Below, piece by piece: positions 48,268 through 58,045 of a DNA stretch of 64,000 nucleotides (positions are counted from its first letter, which is position 1; each line of letters opens with the position of its first letter). The notes below the pieces were generated by a model. It saw only the letters and a list, made by a program, of their open reading frames with translations. It did no database searches and had not been told where the DNA came from. The position numbers and the translations under genes are program-made. Source of the DNA: an uncultured Defluviitaleaceae bacterium (lineage in GTDB: Bacteria; Bacillota; Clostridia; Lachnospirales; WRBF01); the NCBI GenBank assembly GCA_964468805.1, contig CAYXWM010000002.1:25270-89269 (forward strand). The letters run 5' to 3'.

Positions 48268-49788
48268 CTATATACCTCCCGATTTATCCATGGTCGATTT
48301 TAAATTTTCGTAGAGTTCCAAATATATCTCGTAATTTCTGTCATATACTTCTTTAACTGCGGAATTTGGTTGATGTTTTCTCTTGATTACAACCGTGGTG
48401 TCTACCGCTTCACGGAAGTCCTTGTAAAGCCCAACGCCTACACCTGCCAAAATTGCCGCTCCAAGAGTTGTAGCCGTGTCGGAATTGGGGACTATTATGG
48501 GCTTTCCGGTTATATCGGATTTTATCTGGGTCCAAAGCAAAGAATTAGCACTGCCACCCATGGACCTAAGCACCTCTACTCCGGCACCGACCATTTCCGC
48601 AACCTCCAAATTGTGTCTCACAGAAAAGGCTACACCCTCCATGGTTGCTCGAACAAAATGTCCTTTTGTCTTGCTGAAATCCAAACCATAGTAAACACCT
48701 TTGGCTTTAGGGTTCCAGATAGGAGTTCTTTCACCGGACATATACGGCAGGAACACCAAACCGTCAGAGCCGGCAGGAACCTTCTCAGCTATTTCGTTTA
48801 ATTGAATCATGGAACTCTTACCTAATTCTTTAGCCATTAAACGCTCGTAGTCCGCAAATTCCTGTTCAAGCCAACGCATGGTTCCGCCGCCGCCGGTAGT
48901 TCCGCCTTGAAACAACCAACAGTCGGGTACAACATGGAAACTTAAAATTAACCTTGGGTCAGACTTATATGTATCTGTACAAATGCTCATACCCCCGGCC
49001 TGACCGCCTTGTTCCTGTACGTCTCCGTTATTAAGTACACCTACGCCCAAGGCTCCGCAAGCCGCATCCAGTCCACCTGCCACCACAGGTATACCCTCTG
49101 TAAGCCCGCTCAACTCTGCCGCTTCTTTTGTAACTCTGCCAACCACTGCATGACAAGGGCTTATTTCCGGCAGAAATTCTTCCGGAATACCCAATGCCTT
49201 TCGCATATGGTCATCCCATTTACCCGTCCTCATATTGAAACAGTGCCATGCATAACTTTGGCAAATATCTTGGGATACACTGCCGGTAAGTCGGTAAATT
49301 ATAAAACTGTTGGACTGCAGAATTTTATAAATCCTTTTATATACATCCGGCAAATTTTCCTTATACCAAAGTACTTTTCCGGTGGTGTAGGGAGCGGTAA
49401 GGGAATTGCCGCAAACCCGGAATATGGCATCATGACCGATTTCTTTGTTTAATCTCTCGCAAATATTGCCGGATCTGGTATCCATCCAAATGGGGGTATG
49501 GGTTAGGGTATTACCCTCTTTGTCTATAGCCACCGCAGACCATCCCTGACCGTCCACTCCGATTCCTGCTATATCAGCCGGATTTACTTTACCTTTTTCT
49601 ATACATTCTTTTGTTGCCTTGCAAACAGCTTTCCACCAGTCGTCCGGTTCTTGCTCCGCATAACCTGCTTTTGGGTGGTAGAGAGGATATTCTCCGCCTG
49701 CTGTTGAAACTACTTCCCCGTTCTTTCGGAATATCGCGATTTTACAGGCACTGGTTCCTATATCGATTCCCAATAATAAATCTTTCAA
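48268..49788 (-). CDS. FGGY-family carbohydrate kinase
   Basis: LLGIDIGTSACKIAIF, GGLDAACGALG and SMGGSANSLLW motifs. Confidence 0.85.
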   Translation of the reverse strand: MKDLLLGIDIGTSACKIAIFRKNGEVVSTAGGEYPLYHPKAGYAEQEPDDWWKAVCKATKECIEKGKVNPADIAGIGVDGQGWSAVAIDKEGNTLTHTPIWMDTRSGNICERLNKEIGHDAIFRVCGNSLTAPYTTGKVLWYKENLPDVYKRIYKILQSNSFIIYRLTGSVSQDICQSYAWHCFNMRTGKWDDHMRKALGIPEEFLPEISPCHAVVGRVTKEAAELSGLTEGIPVVAGGLDAACGALGVGVLNNGDVQEQGGQAGGMSICTDTYKSDPRLILSFHVVPDCWLFQGGTTGGGGTMRWLEQEFADYERLMAKELGKSSMIQLNEIAEKVPAGSDGLVFLPYMSGERTPIWNPKAKGVYYGLDFSKTKGHFVRATMEGVAFSVRHNLEVAEMVGAGVEVLRSMGGSANSLLWTQIKSDITGKPIIVPNSDTATTLGAAILAGVGVGLYKDFREAVDTTVVIKRKHQPNSAVKEVYDRNYEIYLELYENLKSTMDKSGGI

Positions 49789-49796
49789 ATCTCAAA

Positions 49797-50672
49797 TCAT
49801 CCCTTCCAATCAAGCATATAGCGTTGGAAGGTAACAGCGTCTTTGGCATCCTTATCCAATCGTTCACCGGTTGCGTCACTGATAATATCACGCCATACGT
49901 GTATATCCTTCCCAACCTGACCGCCCACGTTTACAAACGGCTCCATAACAACTGTTCCGTCGTATTTTACGTCTCTTAAAGCCTCGCCGATTTCTCTCCA
50001 AGGAGTACGTCCCTTGCCGGGAACCATGCGGTTACATTCGCCTGTGTGGAAATGACCCAATAAATCGCCTGCTGTTCTGATAGCATCGCCGATACTTACT
50101 TCTTCTATATTCATGTGGAACGTATCCAGCATAACCTTTACATTGCTCATATTGACTTCTTTTACAAATGCGGTGCCTTCTTTTGCGGTGTTTAAGATGT
50201 GATTTTCAAAACGGTTTAATACTTCCATACAAAGATTAATGTCATACTTTTGGGCTATGGGTGCAAGAGTTTGTATTCCTTCCACTCCACGTTTCCAATC
50301 CTCTTCTTTATTAACCCCTTTGGTAAAATCTATGGGCCAATAGGAATACAAAGCACCGCCGATTATATGTATATCCAATTGAGCCATCACATCAAAAAGA
50401 CGTTCAAACCATTCCTTTGCATTCTTGCGAATCGCTTGTTCTGCCGCTCCTATATTGTGGTCATAGGAAGGACCGTATCCGGCTGTAAGTTCTATTCCGT
50501 TATTTTTTGCACATTCTTTAAGTGCTTTTATTTGTTGAGAGGTATAATCGGGAAGAGGTTTTCCGCCTATCTCGAGAATATCAAAACCAAGTCTTGCGGC
50601 TTTTTCGGCGTATACAAGATAATCCGCTTCCCATTCTTTTTCCCAATATGCATAATATATACCGTGTTTCAT
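49797..50672 (-). CDS. Ketose 3-epimerase (D-psicose/D-tagatose 3-epimerase family)
   Basis: MKHGIYYAYWEKEWEADY...GGALYSYWPID...EVLNRFE...MLDTFHMNIEE...HFHTGECNR...VMEPF. All four metal ligands (E, D, H, E) are present. Strong resemblance to the Clostridium cellulolyticum DPEase as recalled from memory. Confidence 0.8.
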   Translation of the reverse strand: MKHGIYYAYWEKEWEADYLVYAEKAARLGFDILEIGGKPLPDYTSQQIKALKECAKNNGIELTAGYGPSYDHNIGAAEQAIRKNAKEWFERLFDVMAQLDIHIIGGALYSYWPIDFTKGVNKEEDWKRGVEGIQTLAPIAQKYDINLCMEVLNRFENHILNTAKEGTAFVKEVNMSNVKVMLDTFHMNIEEVSIGDAIRTAGDLLGHFHTGECNRMVPGKGRTPWREIGEALRDVKYDGTVVMEPFVNVGGQVGKDIHVWRDIISDATGERLDKDAKDAVTFQRYMLDWKG

Positions 50673-50878
50673 AATCAACAGTCCTTCCTTACTAAGGTCT
50701 TATTAAATATCTACTATACGGAATTCTTTAAAAAACATAGATATATTTACGTGGTTGCGATTATGAACGAAAGGGTAGTAATAAAATTAAACCCCTATTG
50801 CAAACGTTAATGAGCACCGGTAAATATATCTATAATTTTAAGGAGTGATATGAATGAATTGAGTTTTACACTTTGTTA

Positions 50879-51829
50879 TTAAACTGTCTTTTCTGCCTTA
50901 TCTGTAACAAGTTGAAGCAGAACAGCCACAACGATAATTACCCCCTTGATGATACCTTGGGGATATGCCGGTACTGCCAAAAGGTTCATAATATTGCTTA
51001 TCAGAGCCAATACCAACGCACCTATTACCGCCTTGAATACGTCACCTTTTCCGCCTGCCAAGCTGGCCCCGCCGATAACACAGGCGGCAATGGCATCAAG
51101 CTCTTGAGCCTGACCTATGGTTGCACTGCCTGTTGATGCTCTGGCTGCTATAAAGACGCCGCCCAATGATGCCAACATGGCTGAAATGGCGTATACAGAT
51201 ACCAGATATTTTTTTGTTCTGATACCTGCCAGTTCAACTGCATTGCTGTTACTTCCCAAAGCAATTACAATACGACCGTATGCTGTATATTTTTGTATGA
51301 AACAGAACAACAAGATAATTACCAATGTGATGATAAGCATGGGATAAGCGTAATCTTTGTCTATAAGAGTAGCCAATGTATCGGTTTCCATCTTAATTGG
51401 GCTACCCTTAGTAATTACCAACGCCAAACCTCTTGCCATGGTCATCATAGCCAACGAAGCAACGAAGCCTTGGAATCTGCCGTATGCCACAAGAGCACCG
51501 GTAATTAACCCTGCAAGTAAGCCTATTGCCAATGAAATAAGGATTGCAACGGAAAAATGTATACCTTCGTTTACAATCATATACGACGAAACCGACGACC
51601 CCAGAGCCATAACCGAGCCTACAGAAAGGTCAACTCCGCCTGTGAGTATTACAAACAACATACCCAGCACAACCAAAATGGGGCCGGCCTGTTGCATGGC
51701 TATGTTTCTAAGGTTCATAACGGTCAAGAAACTGTCGGATGATAAAGCACATACAACTACCAATCCGATAAAAATAATATATGTATTATTGTTAATAAGG
51801 AAATTCTTAACAGCATCTTTGTTTTTCAT
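50879..51829 (-). CDS. Monosaccharide ABC transporter permease
   Basis: 316 aa, multi-TM, GGVDLSVGS motif. Confidence 0.85.
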   Translation of the reverse strand: MKNKDAVKNFLINNNTYIIFIGLVVVCALSSDSFLTVMNLRNIAMQQAGPILVVLGMLFVILTGGVDLSVGSVMALGSSVSSYMIVNEGIHFSVAILISLAIGLLAGLITGALVAYGRFQGFVASLAMMTMARGLALVITKGSPIKMETDTLATLIDKDYAYPMLIITLVIILLFCFIQKYTAYGRIVIALGSNSNAVELAGIRTKKYLVSVYAISAMLASLGGVFIAARASTGSATIGQAQELDAIAACVIGGASLAGGKGDVFKAVIGALVLALISNIMNLLAVPAYPQGIIKGVIIVVAVLLQLVTDKAEKTV

Positions 51830-51833
51830 TGGC

Positions 51834-53330
51834 CTATACCCCCATTGCAGATTTAATCATGTTATTTTCATTCATACTCTCTTTGCTGTATTCACCGGTT
51901 ACTCTACCCTGACGCATAACGATAACTCTGTCACACATACCGATTATTTCAGGCATTTCCGAAGAAATCATAATTATGGCCATACCTTTTTCCGCAAGGT
52001 CGTTCATAATTTTATAGATTTCAACTTTAGCACCTATATCAACCCCACGAGTAGGCTCATCAAACACCATGCATTTGCAATCAGCCGCAATCCACTTTGC
52101 CAAAGCAATTTTTTGTTGATTACCGCCGCTGAGGCTGTCTGCGTTATCTTCCGTATCGCCGTATTTGGTAGACATACTTGCCAAGAGTTCCTTAACATAG
52201 CTCTTTTCTTTTTTATGGTTAATGGTACCCATGGGAGCAATCTTGGATAAAAGTACGGTCAGGGTGGAGTTCATCCGCACGCTTTGTTTTAGAAGCAGGC
52301 CTTGTTCTTTTCTGTTTTCCGGCAACATTCCAAGCCCATTCCGGATAGCTTCTTTTGGATTTTTAAAATTGACTTCTTTGCCGAAATATGTAACTTTTCC
52401 TGATGTTTTCTTATCCGCTCCGAATATTGCTCTCATGATTTCGGTTCGCCCGGACCCTACCAGTCCGCTAAAACCCACTATTTCACCGGCTCTTACCGAG
52501 AAGCTTACATCTTGCACCATTTTTCCGGCACTTAAATTTTCTACCTTCAAAACTTCTTCGCCGATTTGGGCATTTCTGTCTGAAAACAACTGGCTCATTT
52601 CACGTCCTACCATCATTGTTGCCAGTTCGCTTTTATCGATTGATGCCGTTTCTACTGTTCCAACATATCCGCCGTCTTTTAAAACGGTAATATTATCGCT
52701 CAGTTCGAAGAGTTCCTCCAAGCGGTGGGAAATATAAATAATGCTTACGCCTTCATCTCTGAGTTTTCTTAAAATATCAAATAACTTCTTAATTTCTGAA
52801 AATGTCAGCACGGCTGTAGGTTCATCCAGAACCAGTACCTTTGAATTTCTTGTTAAGTTTTTGCAGATTTCCACTACCTGTTGATAGGCTACGCTTAGGT
52901 CACGAACCTTGGTTGTGGGTAAAATATCGTCAAAGCCAAGGCGTGAAAGCTGTTCTTTTGCTTTCCTTCTTAATTCTCTCCAGTTAATCAGAGCTTTTCC
53001 CGCTGCCAATTGGTCAATAAAAATATTTTCCGCAACCGTTAAATCGGGGGCAGCCATAAACTCCTGATAAATAACCGCAATACCTAAATCCTTTGCGTCC
53101 TTTGGATTGGTTATGTTTACCGGGTTTCCGTCTATGAGAATTTCTCCGCTGTCTTTTTTATATGCTCCGGATAAAATCTTCATCAATGTAGATTTTCCGG
53201 CACCGTTTTCTCCGATAAGAGCATGTATTTCATGGGGTTCTACTTTAAAAGAAACATCTGTCAGTGCTTTAACACCTCCAAAATGCTTCGAAATATTTCT
53301 CATTTCCAATCTGTACTTTGTTTCCTGCAT
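51834..53330 (-). CDS. Monosaccharide ABC transporter ATP-binding protein (duplicated ATPase)
   Basis: GENGAGKST, LSGGNQQK and DEPT motifs in two NBDs. ATG 53330 (MQETKYRLEM) after ggaggga. Confidence 0.9.
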   Translation of the reverse strand: MQETKYRLEMRNISKHFGGVKALTDVSFKVEPHEIHALIGENGAGKSTLMKILSGAYKKDSGEILIDGNPVNITNPKDAKDLGIAVIYQEFMAAPDLTVAENIFIDQLAAGKALINWRELRRKAKEQLSRLGFDDILPTTKVRDLSVAYQQVVEICKNLTRNSKVLVLDEPTAVLTFSEIKKLFDILRKLRDEGVSIIYISHRLEELFELSDNITVLKDGGYVGTVETASIDKSELATMMVGREMSQLFSDRNAQIGEEVLKVENLSAGKMVQDVSFSVRAGEIVGFSGLVGSGRTEIMRAIFGADKKTSGKVTYFGKEVNFKNPKEAIRNGLGMLPENRKEQGLLLKQSVRMNSTLTVLLSKIAPMGTINHKKEKSYVKELLASMSTKYGDTEDNADSLSGGNQQKIALAKWIAADCKCMVFDEPTRGVDIGAKVEIYKIMNDLAEKGMAIIMISSEMPEIIGMCDRVIVMRQGRVTGEYSKESMNENNMIKSAMGV

Positions 53331-53394
53331 ACTTTCCCTCCAAACCGTGAATGTAATTAATACCAATCCTTTTAACAGCAAACCAATATTAATC

Positions 53395-53498
53395 TATACT
53401 GATTCCGGTTTAAACAGAGGACAAAATAATTGATTTTTTACAACGGTTCAATGAAATAACAATAAATTTTTGTCCTTCAACTTATATGGAATTAGTAT
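53395..53498 (-). repeat. Family B repeat, copy B7
   Basis: TATACTGATTCCGGTTTAAACAGAGGACAAAATAATTGATTTTTTACAACGGTTCAATGAAATAACAATAAATTTTTGTCC...TGGAATTAGTAT. Confidence 0.85.
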
Positions 53499-53734
53499 TT
53501 ATCCGGTAATATTAAAAAATTTCATTCGTAATTGGGATGGGTATAAATTATCAGAAGAATCATTTTTCATTTCAGGCAAAGTGCTAAAGATTGTACCGTC
53601 AAGAGATGAAAAGACGCCAAAGGCGTCTTTCGCAAAAGGAAAGTGAATTACCCCTTATCTTATAAAATTTAAGCCATACTCTAAAGTGCCGGACAAGAGG
53701 AGTTCAAATCGAAAATTCGCCCGTAAAGGACATA

Positions 53735-53870
53735 TATACTTAATTCGAGTTAAGTAGAAACAAAAGCGTATATTCGCAGTGGTAAGCGGCCGGTGTTTTT
53801 TCATAAAACAAAAGAGCGAATCGTTTACGAAGAATAACTTTTATTACTATTTCTTATGCAATTAAGTATA
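53735..53870 (-). repeat. Family A repeat, copy A4 (reverse orientation; between the SBP and ATPase genes)
   Basis: TATACTTAATTCGAGTTAAGTAGAAACAAAAGCG...TTTTATTACTATTTCTTATGCAATTAAGTATA. Confidence 0.9.
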
Positions 53871-54013
53871 GACAAACAACTCCGGAAAACCGAAAGACGG
53901 AAAGAAACTTACTGAATTTGCGATTTCCGTCCGAAGATTTGTTTCGGATATTGTTTTTACAGATTGGGCTCCTCATTTAAGGAGCCCTTTCTGCAACAAA
54001 AAATTAATATATC

Positions 54014-55171
54014 TTAGAAACCTACATCATAGTACTTGTCAACCAAAGCTTTAGTAACGCCTGCGGCTTCGGTTAAAGTAATTTTTTCGAAGCTGTCCCA
54101 AGCTGCTCCGTTTACGGCGATTTTTTCGGCAATTTCAATACCTTTACCTGCAACAAGAACAGGGCTGTTCAAACCGGAAACGATATAGGGATTTTCGGCA
54201 GTGTCGTTAACCTTGATTAAATCGAAAGCTGCACAAGCGCCGTCAGCCGCGGCTACCAAGGCAACTCCTTTAAGACCTGCATTTTTAAGAGCAGTCATTC
54301 CACCGAAAAGCATTTGGTCATTTTCGCCAAGGATAGTTGTTACATTAAGGTTAGCAGTAACAAAGTCTTCTGCGGCAACCAAACCGGCTTCTTCTGTCCA
54401 TGCACCCCAGCCTTGACCAACTATTTTGAACTTAGCATCGGGATAATCTGCTTTACCGCCGGAAATAAGCTGTTCTTCAATGTTTTCAGCTGCTTTCCAA
54501 GCATCTTCCACAGAACAACCTGTTCTGCCTTGAACGATACCTGCAAAGAGACCTGTTCTTCTTTCGCGACCTGCAACGTTTCCTTTAGCACCGCTGAGAA
54601 GGATAGAAATTATTTCGTCATTTTCTTTGCCGTTTTCTTTCATCCATTCTGTGTATGCAACGCCTGAAAGTCTACCATTTTCTTTGTTGTCGGAGTATAC
54701 GGTTGTTACGTAATCTCCGCCGTTAACGCCTGAGTCAAGGTTAATAACGGGAATCTTAGCTTCTGCTGCTGCGTTGATACTTGGAACGCATGAATCGGGA
54801 TCTGTACTGTCAAGGAAGATTACGTCCATACCTTGAGTTATGAATGTTTCCATGTTTTGAGCTTCTTTGGTAACGTCTTCGTCAGCTGTAAGAACTGTAC
54901 ATTCCCAACCTTTTTCTTGGGAAAGCTTTTGAACAGCTTCTACCAATTTTACGAAATAAGGACCGTTTTGAGTTTTAACGGCAAAACCAACTTTTACTTT
55001 TTTTCCGGCATCAGCAGTGCCACCGGAATTACCTTGGTTTGCTGCAGCATCGCCTGAACCGGCATCGGCTGTAGGGCTGTTTTGGGTATCCCCACCTGTA
55101 GAGCCGCCGCATCCTGCTAATATGGAAATCATCATAGCAAGACTTAATACCAGACAAATCAATTTCTTCAT
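54014..55171 (-). CDS. Sugar ABC transporter substrate-binding lipoprotein
   Basis: Lipobox ILAGCGG, a Gly/Ala/Asp-rich linker, then a PBP type I fold. ATG 55171 (MKKLICLVLSL). Confidence 0.8.
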   Translation of the reverse strand: MKKLICLVLSLAMMISILAGCGGSTGGDTQNSPTADAGSGDAAANQGNSGGTADAGKKVKVGFAVKTQNGPYFVKLVEAVQKLSQEKGWECTVLTADEDVTKEAQNMETFITQGMDVIFLDSTDPDSCVPSINAAAEAKIPVINLDSGVNGGDYVTTVYSDNKENGRLSGVAYTEWMKENGKENDEIISILLSGAKGNVAGRERRTGLFAGIVQGRTGCSVEDAWKAAENIEEQLISGGKADYPDAKFKIVGQGWGAWTEEAGLVAAEDFVTANLNVTTILGENDQMLFGGMTALKNAGLKGVALVAAADGACAAFDLIKVNDTAENPYIVSGLNSPVLVAGKGIEIAEKIAVNGAAWDSFEKITLTEAAGVTKALVDKYYDVGF

Positions 55172-55486
55172 TACCTTTTTCCTCCTTAAAATAACTTGCA
55201 AATTTCTTCGACTGCCCAAATTTGGGAGTCTGTGATGCTTTAAAAACGAGACTTCAGTGAGTTTTCAATCAACAGGCCTTTTTCGCCGGAACTCCCGTTT
55301 AAAAAAAGACCTGATGTCAAACCGGTATTTTGGTTGTGACTTGATATAGCTTTTCATTCTATGTAAAACTCATCTTGAAATCCCCGTTATTTTTGCGTTG
55401 GATTACACTTTCTCCAAACAAAAACAACGTGGGATTTACGGTTTCAAATCTCGTTTATGTTGTTACGGAATTACTCCCGCAACTTT

Positions 55487-56251
55487 TTATATTAATGTAA
55501 AGCATCCGTCGATAATCAGATCATGACCGGATGTATAGGTAGAAGCTTCAGACAATAAGTAAATAACCGCACCGGCCAATTCTTCCGGTGTTCCCATTCT
55601 TCTTGTGGGAGTGCTGCTTACCCATATATCTTGCCAGTCTTGACGTACAAAACCTGTCATATCTGTTTTTATGTATCCGGGGCTGATAGAGTTTACTCTG
55701 ATTCCCTTTAAAGCCCATTCTACTGCCAAAGATTTTGTCAAATGAGCAACCGCTGCTTTAGATGCATTGTATGATGCTTGGCCTTGAGGATAATTTACTA
55801 TGCTGCCGGACATAGAAGCTGTATTTACGATGTTTCCTTTTTTATCGTTTGTAATAAGATATTTTCCGAAAGCTTGTGCCATAAAGTACACACCGTTAAG
55901 GTTAACGTTGATTACTTTCAACCAATCTTCGGGGTCACAATCAACTGCATCTTTGTGGATACAGATACCTGCATTATTGAAAAGGTGATCGAGGGTTCCC
56001 ATTTTTTCTGCAGCTTTATCAATACATTCAGCTACCTGTTTGGGATCTGTAACGTCGCATACGAAAGAAGCTGTACGTACGCCATATTCTTTTGCAATTT
56101 CTTCCGCAACTTCAGCGGCATCGAATAAATCGAAAATTACGATGTCGGAGCCTGCATCTGCAAGATATTCGGCTACAACTTTACCTATGCCTCTATATCC
56201 TCCGGTTACGATAGTTACTTTGTTTTTGAGTGTAAAAATGTCTTTCTTCAT
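55487..56251 (-). CDS. SDR-family oxidoreductase
   Basis: TGGYRGIGK, NNAGI and YNASKAAV motifs. Confidence 0.9.
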   Translation of the reverse strand: MKKDIFTLKNKVTIVTGGYRGIGKVVAEYLADAGSDIVIFDLFDAAEVAEEIAKEYGVRTASFVCDVTDPKQVAECIDKAAEKMGTLDHLFNNAGICIHKDAVDCDPEDWLKVINVNLNGVYFMAQAFGKYLITNDKKGNIVNTASMSGSIVNYPQGQASYNASKAAVAHLTKSLAVEWALKGIRVNSISPGYIKTDMTGFVRQDWQDIWVSSTPTRRMGTPEELAGAVIYLLSEASTYTSGHDLIIDGCFTLI

Positions 56252-56450
56252 CTTGTCATTCTCCTTCTGAAATTAGATTTAAAGTAAGTTCGATGAAATT
56301 AAAATATTATCGAACTTTTAATTTATTCGGATGTTTTATATTGAAAATACTTCAAAAACATCCTTATAACGTGAAAATTCTTTTGTATATGGGGTAACTG
56401 TTTCTATACATCTTTCAAGAAACAGTATAACTTCATAGAACTCACGTTTT

Positions 56451-57530
56451 TTAAAATTTAATAGCTACTTTCAAATCACCGAATTTTCCCGTTGCATATT
56501 CAAAAGCTTCTTCCCATTTTTCTATGGGAAAATATCTTCCTACAACCCCGTCTGTCTTGAGTTTACCGTTATAAATATTCTCAATAACAAAAGGATAGCA
56601 ATAAGGGCTTAAATGGGAACCCAGAACATCCAGCTCTTTATTGTCACCGATTAAGGTCCAGTCTACTGTGGCAGGTTCGCTGAATACACTGAATTCAACA
56701 AAACGTCCCAGCTTGCGAACCATTTGCAATCCCTGGACAACGCTTGAGGGATGCCCGGTGGCTTCTATGTAAATATCGCATCCGTAACCCTCTGTCAGGT
56801 CTTGTATTTCTTTTAAAACATCTGTCTTACCGGGATTCATAACAATGTCGGCACCGAATTCCTTTGCCTTTTCCAAACGCTCGTCTTTCATATCCAGAAC
56901 TATAAGCTTTGCCGGGTTCATCAACCGTGCATAAGTTACCATTCCCAATCCCAAGGTACCGGCACCGGATATGACAACCACATCTTCTATAGTAATCTGT
57001 GCACGATCAACGCAATGTTTGGCACAGGCATAAGGCTCAATTAATAAGGCATCTTCCAAAGACATATCATGAGGAACTTTATGTATTACCGCATTTTTGG
57101 GGTATCGAACGTATTCAGCCATACCGCCGTTATTTTCCTTTTGGAAGCCAAAGGTGGCATGAGGTTGACACATCCAATATCTTCCGGTTTTGCAGAATTT
57201 ACAGGTTCCGCAAGGAACAATTTGGTCTGCTATAATGCGGTCGCCGGGTTTGTATTCGGTAACGTTGGAACCTATTTCAACCACAACGCCAAGGAATTCA
57301 TGCCCGGGAATAAACGGCGGTCTAACCCACATTTCATGAGTGTCGTCACCCCATGTGGAATTCCCGTGATAACATTTCAAATCTCCGGCACAAACTCCGC
57401 AACCTTGAGTTTTAATAATAATATCGTCGGGTCCGCATTCGGGAACCGGATATTCAGCCTCGTACCGATAATCTCCTTTATCATAAGCCACAAGAGCTTT
57501 CATCGTTTTGGGAAGTTTGATCAAAACCAT
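56451..57530 (-). CDS. Zinc-dependent MDR polyol dehydrogenase
   Basis: GVCAGDL, GHEFLG, CGTCKFCKTGRYWMC and GAGTLG motifs. The start is uncertain (ATG 57530, TTG 57524 or ATG 57500). Confidence 0.85.
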   Translation of the reverse strand: MVLIKLPKTMKALVAYDKGDYRYEAEYPVPECGPDDIIIKTQGCGVCAGDLKCYHGNSTWGDDTHEMWVRPPFIPGHEFLGVVVEIGSNVTEYKPGDRIIADQIVPCGTCKFCKTGRYWMCQPHATFGFQKENNGGMAEYVRYPKNAVIHKVPHDMSLEDALLIEPYACAKHCVDRAQITIEDVVVISGAGTLGLGMVTYARLMNPAKLIVLDMKDERLEKAKEFGADIVMNPGKTDVLKEIQDLTEGYGCDIYIEATGHPSSVVQGLQMVRKLGRFVEFSVFSEPATVDWTLIGDNKELDVLGSHLSPYCYPFVIENIYNGKLKTDGVVGRYFPIEKWEEAFEYATGKFGDLKVAIKF

Positions 57531-57855
57531 CCTCCTTTTTTAAAATGATTTCTAAAACTCTTTTTATTAAATGATTTTTTTAATTGATTTTTTAAATATG
57601 TTTTGTATAATCATATTATATATCACGATTAAAGAATTCGTCAATAAGTTATATAAAACTTCTTTAAAAAATGTTTTTTGTGTTATACTACAACAGTTCC
57701 CGAAACTTCGCTTGATGTCTATTCGGCAAATTTTCATTTTTGTAAAATTACTGTTTTAGCGTCTTTATACTAATCTTCATTTAAGTAAAGATATATATTA
57801 AGGAAGAATAGTATTACAATTTCCTTGCAATTTAAAAGATAAAACCTGCTCGGAA

Positions 57856-57869
57856 TGTTTCCGGAAACA
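57856..57869. promoter_or_regulatory. Perfect 14-bp palindrome in the divergent ROK / dehydrogenase promoter region
   Basis: TGTTTCCGGAAACA. A related GGAAACCGTTTCTAAACAGTTTCC lies at 57933-57956. Confidence 0.4.
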
Positions 57870-58045
57870 GCGGAAATATAGTCGAAAACTTGCTTTTATA
57901 TAAAATTAAAAAAACAAAAAAGGTTAATTAAAGGAAACCGTTTCTAAACAGTTTCCCTTAAAGTTTTAGTTTTATTGAACTTGTTTGACTATAAGTTTTG
58001 ATGGGAAGCCATCTAATTTTTTATAAAAAAGGAGAGCAATACAAA

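Noticed and set aside
50789-50803. cre/LacI-like box TGCAAACGTTAATGA between the ABC permease and epimerase genes
   Set aside because: It deviates from the cre consensus at the outer positions on both strands. It is a single occurrence, so there is not enough support to call a CcpA site.
51357-52250. 297-aa plus-strand ORF spanning the ABC permease/ATPase junction
   Set aside because: It lies antisense to two well-supported ABC transporter genes, has no recognisable motifs, and crosses their gene boundary.
57571-57759. 62-aa ORF in the AT-rich region upstream of the ROK gene
   Set aside because: It is an AT-rich promoter region. The ORF is rich in Ile, Leu, Phe and Lys, as expected from base composition, and has no RBS.
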